Origin: Carpediemonas membranifera BICM
Lineage: Eukaryota > Protista > Fornicata
Reading direction: 5' to 3'
DNA length: 64,000 nucleotides
Assembly (NCBI GenBank): GCA_019828565.1
Contig: JAHDYR010000002.1
Coordinates: 248,001-312,000, forward strand
Below are positions 21,684-33,188 of the stretch, piece by piece. Both the position numbers and the translations under genes were made by a program. The notes under the pieces are model-generated. The model searched no databases and was not told the DNA's origin. It worked only from the letters and a program-made list of their open reading frames with translations. Position 1 is the stretch's first letter; each line of letters opens with the position of its first letter.

Positions 21684-23258
21684 ATGAATAAGCTCACAAG
21701 TGTGAGTAGTTCAGTCGAAAGCTCGCTTTTTGCCGTATATGACCTCGCGATGCACACAACAAGAGAAGTATCGGGTGATATCCCTTCCCTCATCGCATCT
21801 GCCGCCCAGTTTCACTCCAACTACGATCCCTCATCAGAATATCATCAAGTATCAAGCTCCAAACGACCATATCCCGAGTGCCCTGCCCACCTCCTCTCTA
21901 TGCTCTCCAAACTTCCTCCCCTGCAACCAAACGCCCAGGCCTGCATTGACAAGGCCATCTCCATCCTAAGTCAAGGCCCCCACCTTAGTATGAACATCGA
22001 GCTGGCAGAGGGCGAGGCACTCCCAGATCATCTCTACACCCTGCTCCAGGGCACCCTCTGGGCCATCCTCATGCAAGCTGGCGCCGATCCAGACATGTAT
22101 GACACTGAACGAAAGCTGTACTCAGCAAACACAAAGAGCTTATGGTTCATATGCCGCAAGTTCTTCTTTACACACCAAGTTTCCGAACTCGACGGGGCCA
22201 AGACCGACCATTATTCCATTTATTTCCACCGTTTATACGCAGGTCGACTCTTCGCACGCGATATACTCCACGGCCACCACAGTTACGGGTCATATACACA
22301 CCTTCGCACTCCGCCGGTTATCAGTGCCCACTCAACGGCAGACGCCACATGTTCAATGCTCATACTCACCCCAAGAGGGTTGTACGGCTGGAGCACCAGC
22401 GCCCAATGCGAGCTCGGCTTCGAGAAATACACACCGCTCGTGCCGACGAGAATAAGATTCCCAGCCTGCCCAGCCATTACCGCGCTCGACAACACCCTAC
22501 CCCCATGGAAGAAGCATCGGCTGATAAGACAGGTTTCTCTCAACTACTACCACGCCTTTGTGCTAACCCCAGTCGGCCTGGCAGTATGTGGGTTCAAATC
22601 CCACTTTTTTGTCTCAGAATCCACTCCAACCATATTTCACCCTGTGTTAGGCGATATAGTGCCTGAATACATCATATCTGGAGCAGGGGCGACTGTTGTA
22701 TCAGTATCTGGTCATCAGTTGGTCGCTGGAGACAACTCTTACGGCCAGCTGGGACTAGGGCACTCAACCTCACGTCGTATGTCTGGCTTCGTCCCTGTAT
22801 TGTTCGAAGTCAACGCAATTCTCCACTCCGTGTGCAGCTTAGAGTTTTTCAATGTTTTTCTCAGTGGGCACCAGGCTCTGTTTGCTGGCCGAGTGCCCAA
22901 GTTTCTCTCCGTGTCCGGCCTTCTCCCCGGCTTTTCCCAGTACTCTTGCTGCGAAACTGCCCGACCTCTATGCTTTCCAGCCCGTGTGAGTCGTATTTAC
23001 GTTGATACATTCGAAGTTATATGGGTGAGTGAGAGTCTGACACATTGCTATGACTTCCGGGGCCACTATACCGTTCTGCTTGAGGCGATAGAGGTTGGTA
23101 GCTACTGTTCAGAGCCGTGCTTCATGGATGAGCGCGGAGCCTGGTTCCGGATGTCTGGAATGTGTGGCAGGGTGGCGCAGGTCAGGCCGTTTGGCAGTAA
23201 TCATTTGATTAGTTTGAGGCGAGTGTTGACTGAGGTTGATCTGGCCCCAGTCAAGTAA
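21684..23258 (+). CDS. Divergent intact RCC1-like family member
   Basis: Same architecture (LSMNIELAEG, LWFICRKFFF, GDNSYGQLGLG) in an uninterrupted 524-aa ORF. Confidence 0.8.
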   Translation: MNKLTSVSSSVESSLFAVYDLAMHTTREVSGDIPSLIASAAQFHSNYDPSSEYHQVSSSKRPYPECPAHLLSMLSKLPPLQPNAQACIDKAISILSQGPHLSMNIELAEGEALPDHLYTLLQGTLWAILMQAGADPDMYDTERKLYSANTKSLWFICRKFFFTHQVSELDGAKTDHYSIYFHRLYAGRLFARDILHGHHSYGSYTHLRTPPVISAHSTADATCSMLILTPRGLYGWSTSAQCELGFEKYTPLVPTRIRFPACPAITALDNTLPPWKKHRLIRQVSLNYYHAFVLTPVGLAVCGFKSHFFVSESTPTIFHPVLGDIVPEYIISGAGATVVSVSGHQLVAGDNSYGQLGLGHSTSRRMSGFVPVLFEVNAILHSVCSLEFFNVFLSGHQALFAGRVPKFLSVSGLLPGFSQYSCCETARPLCFPARVSRIYVDTFEVIWVSESLTHCYDFRGHYTVLLEAIEVGSYCSEPCFMDERGAWFRMSGMCGRVAQVRPFGSNHLISLRRVLTEVDLAPVK

Positions 23259-23418
23259 AGTAAATGTTAAGCGAGCCCTCCTCCGGCTGCTTGGGGAGAC
23301 AGCTCCGGCTGGTATCGCAGCTGTGAGCGTGTATCGCGGCGCCACGTCGGCTTCACGGCTGGCGGTCGGCGAGTCTGCAGTCAGAATTTGACATCCGCTG
23401 AACTGAGCGCCGGGAGCG

Positions 23419-24962
23419 ATGAGCAGCGCTGATTCCACGCATGTTGCTGCTAGAGAGGCGCTTATCTCCGCATTCCGTCTTTCAGTCGCCATCACCGCCT
23501 CGATCCCCGGGGACATCCCCACATTGCTCAAAGAGGCCTTCTCCAGGCACTTCGACGAGCAGATGCCCGCGATCCACGACGCAGAGACCACAACTACACC
23601 GACCAGCGCCGAATCGCTCTATTCCCTCACCGCCATGCTCTCCGAGATCCCCCCTCTCGAGCCAGCCGCGCAAGTCCTCCTCGACCGCGCCCGTTCGATC
23701 ATCACCAGCGGCCCCCCGCTGTCCATGAACGTCGAGCTCGCGGAGGGGCAGGAGCTCCCGGCCGCCCTGCACACGCTCAACCAGGGCGCTTACCTTACCA
23801 AGATGTATGACAAGATCTACAAGGCTCTCACGCCCGAGGCCAAGTGCCTCTGGTTCCTCTGCCGCAAGTTCTTCTTCACCTGGAACGTCGCCGAGAAGGA
23901 CGGCGAATGCAATCAATACTATTGGCGAGAGAGATTCTACCACCACCGCATGTACATGGGCCGACTCTTCATGCTCTGCATTGATGATTACGACACCTCC
24001 TTCACTAGGGCCAGAATGCCCAGGGCCCTCGAAGTCTATATCGAATGGTCAACCTACATCGACAGAACGCCCAAGGGCCTGTGGGGCTGGGGGCATAACG
24101 ATGTGGCTCAGCTGGGGTTCAAGACATCTGGCTTCGTCGACCCGACCCGCCTCACCTTCCCAGCTGCCCGAAGGTCGCCGAGCTCGAGGCCAGCCAGCCC
24201 CCCTGGGAGAAGCACATGATGGTGACTGATGTGTCGATGAAGGGATATCGGACGTTCATCCTCACCCCAGTCGGCACTGTCATGGCCGGCTTCAATGCTC
24301 AGAGATATGTCGGCCCAGTCGACCGGGCGATCAGGAATCACTTCCACCCAGTCGCTGTGCCACCTGGCTTTGTCCCAGATCACATCATGCAGGGTAGCAG
24401 AGTTGCCATCCTCTCCATGGGCGATCGGCAGATGATCAGCGGGAGCAACTGGGATGGCCGCCTGGGACTCGGGCACGAGAATTGGGTGACCGGCTTCGTC
24501 GACCTGCCCTTCAGGGTTGACCGGGTCATGTCCGAATGGTTCTTCAACATATTCCTCAGCGGCCGCCAGCTGCTGTTCGCCGGAATGGTTCTCAAGCATA
24601 TCGCCAAGTCGGGCCTGCTTCCGGGATTCAATCAGCGCGACATCTGCCTCACACCCACCCCGCTCCGGTTCCCTGAGAGGGTCAAGGGGTTCTTCGCATC
24701 AAACTTCGACCTGATCTGGGTCACCGAGGGCAAGAGCCATTATTGTAAGCATCATGAAGAACCCATCATTCTCCCCTTCGAGGCGACAGCTTTCAGCAGT
24801 TGCAGCTTCTGTAAGTGCGGCCAGTGGTTCAGGCCGTTGAAAGACTTGGATGAAGCTATTGAGATGGAAGACTGCGAGGCGCCTCGTTCAGATGTGCATA
24901 TGATCGTCACCGTCGACGTCGATCCGTGGACCCCGGGCGCCGAAGAGTCGACTGAATTGTGA
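23419..24962 (+). CDS. RCC1-like family copy 3 (one frameshift near 24160)
   Basis: ORFs 23419-24219 and 24216-24962 join if one C is added in TTCCCAGC. Confidence 0.75.
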
Positions 24963-25350
24963 AGTGATATTGACTCCAGCTTGAGTCGGGTCCGAGTCTG
25001 CTTCTCAGCGATAAATCACAGTTCAACACGACTTCTGTCTGGAAGGTCTGGGTCTGTCACGCTGAGTGCTCAACTGTGAAGTGTGACTGGCTCGACTCCG
25101 CTTGTGACCGGAGATTTGATCAGATCGGTGGACTCGGAGGTAGACCCACAACGCACAGCCTCACCCTGATTGATGGGATGAGAAAAGTGGCGCAATTGAC
25201 TCGCACGTGTGTCGATAGTTATCTTTATCACAACTCTACCACATCACGTCCACATAAGTTCGCCAGGCCAAAAACATAAAAAATCAGCCACCTCACACCA
25301 TACACAAGCAGAGTTTTATAAATACAAGTAAACGACCCACCTCCGGCATG

Positions 25351-26894
25351 TCACCCCGACCCCGCGAAGAAGTCGTCAAACGCTGCAGCCAGCTCCCCGC
25401 CCGCCCCCTCCTCTGCCTCCTCTCGCACCCCCACAAGTCCAAAGAGGTCACTCAACTCCTCAGTCACATCCTTTGACATGCTCTGCCTCTGCCTCTGCGG
25501 CGTGGCTGGGGCGTCTGTGACAGAATGGGCACGACTCCGGGCAGACCATGGTGCCTCGGGGGTGCCGCCTGCAATGTCTGCAACTGCTGGGGCAGCCATG
25601 CTCTTTGGCTTATATCTGTCATGTAACACAGGGAACTGTTCGATGGCAAAGCCCGGGGGCACTTCGCGGTAGACCCGAATATTCCTCATCGCCATTTCAA
25701 AGTCCGAGGGTCGAGCCAGCTTCTGTTTGAAAGCGTTGAATACACCCTTGAATCCAGTGATTGAAGGGCCCTCGCATTGGTACCTGACGCATGCCTCATC
25801 GCTGGTCTCGACGGCACGACGCCACTCAGCTCCAGCCTGGGTCTGTAGAAAGGCGGTTAGGAACTTGCTAGCTGTTCCACTGCGTGATTTGAGATAGCCG
25901 CTCATGTTGAAAGTCCTCTTAGCTTTGCCGTCAGTAACAATATCTTGAACAAACTGCTCAGTGTTTCGAACAAGCATGCACTGCAATTCACGGAGCTTGG
26001 AGGAAGAGTCAGGTCCGGGGGTCAGCTTGGAGAGAGGAGTGGCCACTGCCGCGGGAAGGGAGGGGATCTTCACGCCAGACATTGGCGTGACTCGGCCAGA
26101 GTCGACGTTAACGAGGACGGTACCGTCCGTGGCTTCGGCGGGGAGGGTTGAGAGGAAATATTCCTGGATTCCTATTATATATGAGGTCTGGGTAAGTTAT
26201 GTAAACCATAAATACGAACTGGTGCCATCAAATATTCGGCCATATGTTGGGGTAGAAGTGGAATAAAGACGCCAGACCACTCGTGCGGCGCCAGCATTGA
26301 GGGCATAGCTATGGCGCATGCTGTGAGAGTGTGCAACTCCCTAGCAACTATGAGAACTCGGTGCTCGAGCAGCAAGGCGCCAAGAAGCTTGACAAGCGCT
26401 GGTCCGTAAATTCTAGTAACAATAGGTGTGATATCAGTATGAATTGGCGGTGATCTGAGGTGTCTGGGCTGGATTATGAACGGTCCCACGGAGTTTGGCA
26501 AGTTGGGGTCGAGTTGCTCCGTTGCGAGGCGAAGAATGCTGGCGTGGAGTCGATCGTAAGAGAGGGCGCGGTGGGTGGCGATAAAGGTGGCCGCCTGGTC
26601 CAGGATGACGGAGTGGAGGAGCTTGCGTATGACGCGGGCGCCAACAAGCACTTCATATGTGTCGAAGCGTTTGCAAAGCGCAAAATACCGCGTGCCGTCG
26701 TCGGTGGTAAGAGTCATAGCGTATATGGAATGGAGGGACGTAAACTTGTCCGGGCTCGTCATATCCGTGAAGAAGAACTGCTTAATGCCAGGGATGTGCA
26801 GGCCGTCTCTGAAAAATGAATACTCCAGTTCCACTTCCTTCATACCGTTGCGTTTCACCTGGTTTGCAACGCAGAAGATATCAACAATGCCCAT
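25351..26894 (-). CDS. DENN-domain Rab GEF; 32-nt intron at 26188-26219
   Basis: DENN motifs LTTDDGTRYF, ALLLEHRVL, FIPLLP…YLMAP|TSYIIG and FLQTQ. Removing the intron GTTCGT…CCCAG restores the frame. Confidence 0.88.
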
Positions 26895-27227
26895 TTCAGA
26901 ATAGGCACAGTATCTTTGGGAACTTCGCGAAGTAGCAGGGACACTAAAGTGCGAACACAACATCCCATCACATGGAGATGTAGCTGTAGAGCTACGGTAT
27001 CAATGAGACAATAAGCCATATTCCTCGCCTATTTGTGCAAACCCGATGCTTCTGCGGGCCCTGGCAGGGGCGGGCAAGACGATGAGAGGAGCGGGTCGGC
27101 GGGTCATTATATGCGGGGGAGCTGGTGTTCAGAAGGATATCACCGTCTGATCCTGTGCCTTCGGCGCTGATTTATCGTTTACGTGAGTCGAAGTATTGGC
27201 CGACAAGCACGAAATTTTGTCTCGTGA

Positions 27228-30200
27228 ATGGAGCGAAGGAACGACACCTTGGCTGCTCTCGCGGATGTGCGGAAGATTTTGTACACCACGCGACGGCAGA
27301 ACCGGATTGTCACCCTCGCACACGTCATTGAGACCTACAACAAGACGAAGAACCAGAGATCTGCCCGAAACGACAGCTTTATCTACAAGTTTATCCTCCA
27401 AATGAGCATGATAGCGCATCCAGACTGGGAGGAGCGCTACAGGATTGCCCGGGAGCAGTATCTCGCCGTCATTAAGTCCGACACGTTCAACGAATCCCGT
27501 CTCATCAAACACGCCTTTACCAAGTGGCTTTCCAGGTACCAGGTGCGTGTCAACAGGCGAGTAGAGTCCAGTACTAGGTCTCATCGTGCAACACATGGCA
27601 AGGGGCGGGACTCCAGGCTTTATGCGTCAACTCTGGTCACTGACCGGGCTGGGGGTGACATGGGTGCGGGCGACCTCGTGAGCAGGAATAGGTATAGCGC
27701 AGCACAGCCTGTGGACGAGATGGGCATGACTTCGGGCTACCCGGAGTTTGGACAGAGTCGGTTCGACGCAGGCCTGCCTCCAAGGGCTCACCCCACCGAG
27801 CTTGGCCGCGCTGGATCCCAGCCTGCATTCGACGCGACGGGTCGCCCCACCGAGCTTGGCCGCGCTGGATCCCAGCCTGCATTCGACGCGACGGGTCGCC
27901 CCACCGATCTTGGCCGCGCTGGATCCCAGCCTGCATTCGACGCGAATGGTCGCCCCACCGAGCTTGGCCGCGCTGGATCCCAGCCTGCATTCGACGCGAC
28001 GGGTCGCCCCACCGAGCTTGGCCGCGCTGGATCCCAGCCTGCGTTTGGTGACATGACTGGCCGCGCACAGCAGCTTGACGCGAATGGTCGCCCCACCGAG
28101 CTTGGCCGCGCTGGATCCCAGCCTGCGTTTGGTGACATGACTGGCCGCGCACAGCAGCTTGACGCGAATGGTCGCCCCACCGAGCTTGGCCGCGCTGGAT
28201 CCCAGCCTGCGTTTGGTGACATGACTGGCCGCGCACAGCAGCTAGACGCGAATGGTCGCCCCACCGAGCTTGGCCGCGTTGGATCTCAGCCTGCATTCGA
28301 CGCGACGGGTCGCCCCACCGAGCTTGGCCGCGCTGGATCCCAGCCTGCGTTTGGTGACATGACTGGCCGCGCACAGCAGCTTGACGCGAATGGTCGCCCC
28401 ACCGATCTTGGCCGCGCTGGATCCCAGCCTGCATTCGACGCGACGGGTCGCCCCACCGATCTTGGCCGCGCTGGATCCCAGCCTGCGTTTGGTGACATGA
28501 CTGGCCGCGCACAGCAGCTTGACGCGAATGGTCGCCCCACCGAGCTTGGCCGCGCTGGATCCCAGCCTGCATTCGACGCGAATGGTCGCCCCACCGAGCT
28601 TGGCCGCGCTGGATCCCAGCCTGCATTCGACGCGACGGGTCGCCCCACCGAGCTTGGCCGCGCTGGATCCCAGCCTGCGTTTGGTGACATGACTGGCCGC
28701 GCACAGCAGCTTGACGCGAATGGTCGCCCCACCGATCTTGGCCGCGCTGGATCCCAGCCTGCATTCGACGCGACGGGTCGCCCCACCGATCTTGGCCGCG
28801 CTGGATCCCAGCCTGCATTCGACGCGACGGGTCGCCCCACCGAGCTTGGCCGCGCTGGATCCCAGCCTGCATTCGACGCGAATGGTCGCCCCACCGAGCT
28901 TGGCCGCGCTGGATCCCAGCCTGCATTCGACGCGAATGGTCGCCCCACCGAGCTTGGCCGCGCTGGATCCCAGCCTGCGTTTGGTGACATGACTGGCCGC
29001 GCACAGCAGCTTGACGCGAATGGTCGCCCCACCGAGCTTGGCCGCGCTGGATCCCAGCCTGCATTCGACGCGAATGGTCGCCCCACCGAGCTTGGCCGCG
29101 CTGGATCCCAGCCTGCGTTTGGTGACATGACTGGCCGCACCCATCAACTTGACGCAAACGGTCGCCCGAAGCCTCTAGGCCGTCTCGACACCCAAGCAAC
29201 CTACGCCGAGCTCGCCAGCATCCCCCAATCCGCCCGGTCCGTCGGCTTCGAAGAGAACTCGAGCGACCAGACCGAGACGATTGTCGGAATGACTGAGGAA
29301 GACATCAAGAAGCACGTTGAGACTCAGCGCCGCCGAGCTAAGGAGATTGACGCAGCCATTGTGTCTCTAACAGTCACGAGAGCGAAGAACCTCATGGGGG
29401 ATTGCTTCGATGCTTGGGCCGGCTTCGCAGAGATTCATGCCAAGTACTCGGCGATGGGTCGTGATGCTACCAACCACGCTAATGAGCTTGCGATCTTCCA
29501 TGCACTGGACCAATGGCGTCTGGGAACTGCCAAGCGGCTCGAGGACGGTGATCACGCGGATGACATGTACAGTGAGGCCGTGCAGCGTCGTTTCATTACC
29601 CTGTGGATGAAGCAGGCTCAGCGTAAGATCAGATGCGATGAGGCGGTGCTTATTCGAGACGAGCAGGCCGAGCAGGACGCCTTTAACACCTGGCGCAAGG
29701 CTGCCATCCTCTTGCAGCTTTGCCACCACTTCCAAGCTGACCTCCTCGACAGCAGAAGCACGCGCATGTTCGAGCGCTGGCACCATAGCGCTATGGAGAA
29801 GATGAAGACCCGTGAGCAGCAGACTAAGCTCCTCTTGGACGCGAGACATCGTCGTGAGACGGTCAAGCTCGTCAACTTCTTCAAGCATTGGGCCAAGCGT
29901 GCCGAGCTTGAGCATACCGCGACTGAGGCCAACCAGGCTCGTAATGAGCGCGCTCTTGAGACGATCTGGGCGATATGGCGCGCCTATACAGAAACCTCGG
30001 TCCACCGCCGCCATCAACTCGCCTTTGCTCTCGAAACCAGAGCTGACGCAACTGTCTCAAGAACTTTCACCCACTGGGTCGCGATGACTCGCCTAGAACA
30101 GCTGCTATGCGTCGAAATAGCCCGTAAGGAGGACAAGATGCTGCAGTTCTTCTACCACGAGTGGCGCGGGGAGGTTTCTCGGATGAAGAAGATCAGGGCG

Positions 30201-33188
30201 GATGTTGACGCGTATATCAGCCGCCGTGACGGGGCCAAGACAGCCCAGGTCTTCTCCAACTGGGCGCATGTGACCAAGGTTGAGGTTGCTGGCAACACTT
30301 TTCTCCACAACCGTGAGGAGGTGCAGGTTAAGGCTCTTTTTGACTCATGGACCAAGGGAGCCACCCTCCGCAGCCTCGAACGGGCCCTTGTCCAGACCCA
30401 CCATCACCGCGACAAGCGCAGCACGTTCACTCATTGGCATACGAGCGCGGTAAGGGAGATTAAGCACCGTACAGCCTTCACCACGATCCAGACAAGGCTC
30501 GCCGCCATGTCCCCGGCCGCAAACACGCGCGTGCGTGCCCTTGCAGCCATCCTGTGCGACGACGGAACTCGTCGCGGCAAGTTGACAACCGACACGGGCC
30601 TGGCGACCATGGGCTTCCTACTCTTCAAGGACGCCGTAGCCGTGAGCAAGCGTGAGACACGCAACGACGCAGTGGCCTCTGCCTTTGTCCGACGCCACCG
30701 GCTTATGGTCGTGTTCAACGCGATACAAGACTACGGGAGGGCCCAGAGACATCAGCAGCTCGCCCACGCCCACCATCGCCACGCCTTGGCGCTCAAAGTC
30801 TGGCGCGAGTTCCATACGGCAACCAAGTCTCGCGCGAGAAGCACGCATGCAGCTACGGTCATCGACAGCACCGTCTCTGAGCATCTTGCCCGTGCCGCCT
30901 TCAAGCTGTGGGTTCGTAGAGCAGCCACTGAGCAAACTGGTCACGACCTCCGCGCCCAGCTCAGCGAGAACTATCGCCAGCGTCTTGTCGCGGGCACGTT
31001 CAACTACTGGTTTAGAACTTCACTTGCGTCTCGTCACTTTAGAGCCATGTCTCACGGCATGAGAGCGACAAGAATGCAGTGGGTCGTCACGGAGTCTTTC
31101 GAGGCATGGCGGGCGCACGTTGCTCGTAAGAAGCAGGTTCGGGAGGTGCTTTCCAGCCACCTCCTCCTCACGGCAGAGGTTCAGGCGAGCGAGGTAATCA
31201 GACGGTGGCGGGGTTATGCAGAGACAAACCGACTCCAGCGCGCGGCATCAGATATCTTGCAGAAGGTCGCTGAAAGGCGTCAGGCCCTCGCCGCCCTCGA
31301 CGCTTGGTCTTCTTACTCTGGCAAACGCTGGATGACACAGCAGTCGTGCGACATGATGCGCGTTCTCATGCGCGAGCGAGTTAAGTCCGGCGTCTTTTAT
31401 CTCTGGCGCCAAGCCTATCACGATATCACTGAGGGCCACGCCAAGGAAGCCCTTGCCGACGAGCACTGGAAGAACAAGTGCAAGTCTGCCTGCATTACCA
31501 CCTGGGCTGAAGAGACGAGGTCCAACCTCACGATCAGATCCGGTCTTCGCCGGATCGTGACCCGCAGAAACCATAAGCTGCTCGGCGAGATCATCAGGCC
31601 TTGGCTCGACCTCGCGAAGGCTGAACGGACGAGTGAGAACGCTACCATCGCTGTTGTTCGTGTCCAATGGTGTGTGAGAGAGACCCGCGCCGCTCTCCTC
31701 GGCTGGCGTGAGGCTAGTCTGGAGATGAAGGGCGAACGACTCAACCGACTTCTCGTGCATCGACTCACGTTTGATGCTTGGCGCAAACACGTCCACGAGC
31801 TCAAGGCAGAGCATGCTGTGGCTGAGGACCATCGTGTCGCCGCTGTCAATGTTGACATTTCCCGCGAGAAGGTGCGCCGCGCACTCCAGGGCTGGCTTCT
31901 CTGGGCCAAGCGAGAGGTGCTCGTCAAGCACTGCCTCGCTGCTCGCGACGAGCGGGCCAAGCGCGTAGCCCTCGCCGAGTTTGGTGCTATCGTCGAGCGC
32001 GCGCATCTCTTTGCCGCCAAACAAGACACTCTCAACGCTGGTCGCGAAGCACGTGCTTTTGCAAACTGGACAACCGTCGTCTCCCACCGGAGATCCAAGG
32101 AGGCATTCCAAACTACCCTCGACAGCCGCCAGCTTCGGGCCCTCTTTGCCGTCTGGTCCTTTAGAGCACAACATGAGGCTGGTATGAAATCTCTTCAGAG
32201 CCACATCAACGCTGACCTAACCCTCTCAGCAATGGAGGTATGGCGTGAGTACGTTTATAATGAGAAGCGCGTGAGGGCCGCTCAGGTCTCAATGGATCTC
32301 GGCCAGTTAAAACGGACGCTTCGCGCCTGGCGTGACTGGCGCATCTCCGTCCATGACCTTCGTCGCGAACTCGTGGTTGCTCGTAACAAGGAGCGCGTCG
32401 CAGTTGCCATGCATCGCTCTCGTCAGCGCAAGGACATGCACGCTGTATTTGGAGTCTGGAAGGAGCTCATCATTGAGCGGCACCGAGATTTGATCATTGC
32501 CCACCGCTTTGACAACCGGAGGCGCATGAATCACGGACTGAACGCGTTCTTCGTCAACGCGGCAGAGCGTACAACTGCCTTCCGCAAGGCCGAGATCGCC
32601 GTCTTTGACATGCATCGCACTCGTCGCGCCAACACCATGCGTAGCATCTTGCGGGCCCTCAGGGAGAACGTCCGGCACAACCAGCTCAAGCGCGAGGAGC
32701 ATGCCCGCGTGATGGCCAGATACAACGCCCGTCTGGCCCGCGACGCTCTTCTCAAGCTTCATACCACGCTGGTCGGTCTCCAGACGAGCCGCGCCGAGCT
32801 CCTCGAGCAGCATCGCGCCATATGCGCCCAGAAGGCGATGCACCGTGCTTTCGAATGCATCCGCGTGGCGACAGCGATCAGCAAGGATGAGAGGGCGACC
32901 GAGCAAGCCCGGGTGCAGCAAATCGAGGTCCTTTGCCAGCAGCACACCGTAGAGCAGGCTATGTACGTCCTCAAGCACGCCTCATGGAGACGTAGAGCTG
33001 TGGCTGTGATGACTACACGCATGACGAAGCGGACTCGGGCTGGCATCTTCGAAGAGTGGCACCGTTGGACTATGGATGAGCGCATTAAGCACGGGAACGA
33101 CAGGCGCGCCCGGCAGCACTATAGGCGGAGGCAACTTGAGTTGTTTATGTCTGCCTGGCGCACTTATGTGGACAGCATGACGTGGTAA
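27228..33188 (+). CDS. Sfi1-like centrin-binding repeat protein with an N-terminal tandem-repeat insert
   Basis: Dozens of periodic F/L-x-x-W motifs (AFNTWR, FKHWAK, TFTHWH, AFKLWV) in a helical, R/H-rich 1986-aa ORF. Confidence 0.75.
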   Translation: MERRNDTLAALADVRKILYTTRRQNRIVTLAHVIETYNKTKNQRSARNDSFIYKFILQMSMIAHPDWEERYRIAREQYLAVIKSDTFNESRLIKHAFTKWLSRYQVRVNRRVESSTRSHRATHGKGRDSRLYASTLVTDRAGGDMGAGDLVSRNRYSAAQPVDEMGMTSGYPEFGQSRFDAGLPPRAHPTELGRAGSQPAFDATGRPTELGRAGSQPAFDATGRPTDLGRAGSQPAFDANGRPTELGRAGSQPAFDATGRPTELGRAGSQPAFGDMTGRAQQLDANGRPTELGRAGSQPAFGDMTGRAQQLDANGRPTELGRAGSQPAFGDMTGRAQQLDANGRPTELGRVGSQPAFDATGRPTELGRAGSQPAFGDMTGRAQQLDANGRPTDLGRAGSQPAFDATGRPTDLGRAGSQPAFGDMTGRAQQLDANGRPTELGRAGSQPAFDANGRPTELGRAGSQPAFDATGRPTELGRAGSQPAFGDMTGRAQQLDANGRPTDLGRAGSQPAFDATGRPTDLGRAGSQPAFDATGRPTELGRAGSQPAFDANGRPTELGRAGSQPAFDANGRPTELGRAGSQPAFGDMTGRAQQLDANGRPTELGRAGSQPAFDANGRPTELGRAGSQPAFGDMTGRTHQLDANGRPKPLGRLDTQATYAELASIPQSARSVGFEENSSDQTETIVGMTEEDIKKHVETQRRRAKEIDAAIVSLTVTRAKNLMGDCFDAWAGFAEIHAKYSAMGRDATNHANELAIFHALDQWRLGTAKRLEDGDHADDMYSEAVQRRFITLWMKQAQRKIRCDEAVLIRDEQAEQDAFNTWRKAAILLQLCHHFQADLLDSRSTRMFERWHHSAMEKMKTREQQTKLLLDARHRRETVKLVNFFKHWAKRAELEHTATEANQARNERALETIWAIWRAYTETSVHRRHQLAFALETRADATVSRTFTHWVAMTRLEQLLCVEIARKEDKMLQFFYHEWRGEVSRMKKIRADVDAYISRRDGAKTAQVFSNWAHVTKVEVAGNTFLHNREEVQVKALFDSWTKGATLRSLERALVQTHHHRDKRSTFTHWHTSAVREIKHRTAFTTIQTRLAAMSPAANTRVRALAAILCDDGTRRGKLTTDTGLATMGFLLFKDAVAVSKRETRNDAVASAFVRRHRLMVVFNAIQDYGRAQRHQQLAHAHHRHALALKVWREFHTATKSRARSTHAATVIDSTVSEHLARAAFKLWVRRAATEQTGHDLRAQLSENYRQRLVAGTFNYWFRTSLASRHFRAMSHGMRATRMQWVVTESFEAWRAHVARKKQVREVLSSHLLLTAEVQASEVIRRWRGYAETNRLQRAASDILQKVAERRQALAALDAWSSYSGKRWMTQQSCDMMRVLMRERVKSGVFYLWRQAYHDITEGHAKEALADEHWKNKCKSACITTWAEETRSNLTIRSGLRRIVTRRNHKLLGEIIRPWLDLAKAERTSENATIAVVRVQWCVRETRAALLGWREASLEMKGERLNRLLVHRLTFDAWRKHVHELKAEHAVAEDHRVAAVNVDISREKVRRALQGWLLWAKREVLVKHCLAARDERAKRVALAEFGAIVERAHLFAAKQDTLNAGREARAFANWTTVVSHRRSKEAFQTTLDSRQLRALFAVWSFRAQHEAGMKSLQSHINADLTLSAMEVWREYVYNEKRVRAAQVSMDLGQLKRTLRAWRDWRISVHDLRRELVVARNKERVAVAMHRSRQRKDMHAVFGVWKELIIERHRDLIIAHRFDNRRRMNHGLNAFFVNAAERTTAFRKAEIAVFDMHRTRRANTMRSILRALRENVRHNQLKREEHARVMARYNARLARDALLKLHTTLVGLQTSRAELLEQHRAICAQKAMHRAFECIRVATAISKDERATEQARVQQIEVLCQQHTVEQAMYVLKHASWRRRAVAVMTTRMTKRTRAGIFEEWHRWTMDERIKHGNDRRARQHYRRRQLELFMSAWRTYVDSMTW
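27791..29167 (+). repeat. Coding minisatellite with mixed 54-bp and 84-bp units
   Basis: Units RPTELGRAGSQPAF-DA(T/N)G, with or without the insert GDMTGRAQQL; about 21 units. Confidence 0.92.

Noticed and set aside
27791-29167. CRISPR-like array
   Set aside because: Units are contiguous, in frame and coding, with no unique spacers and no cas genes.
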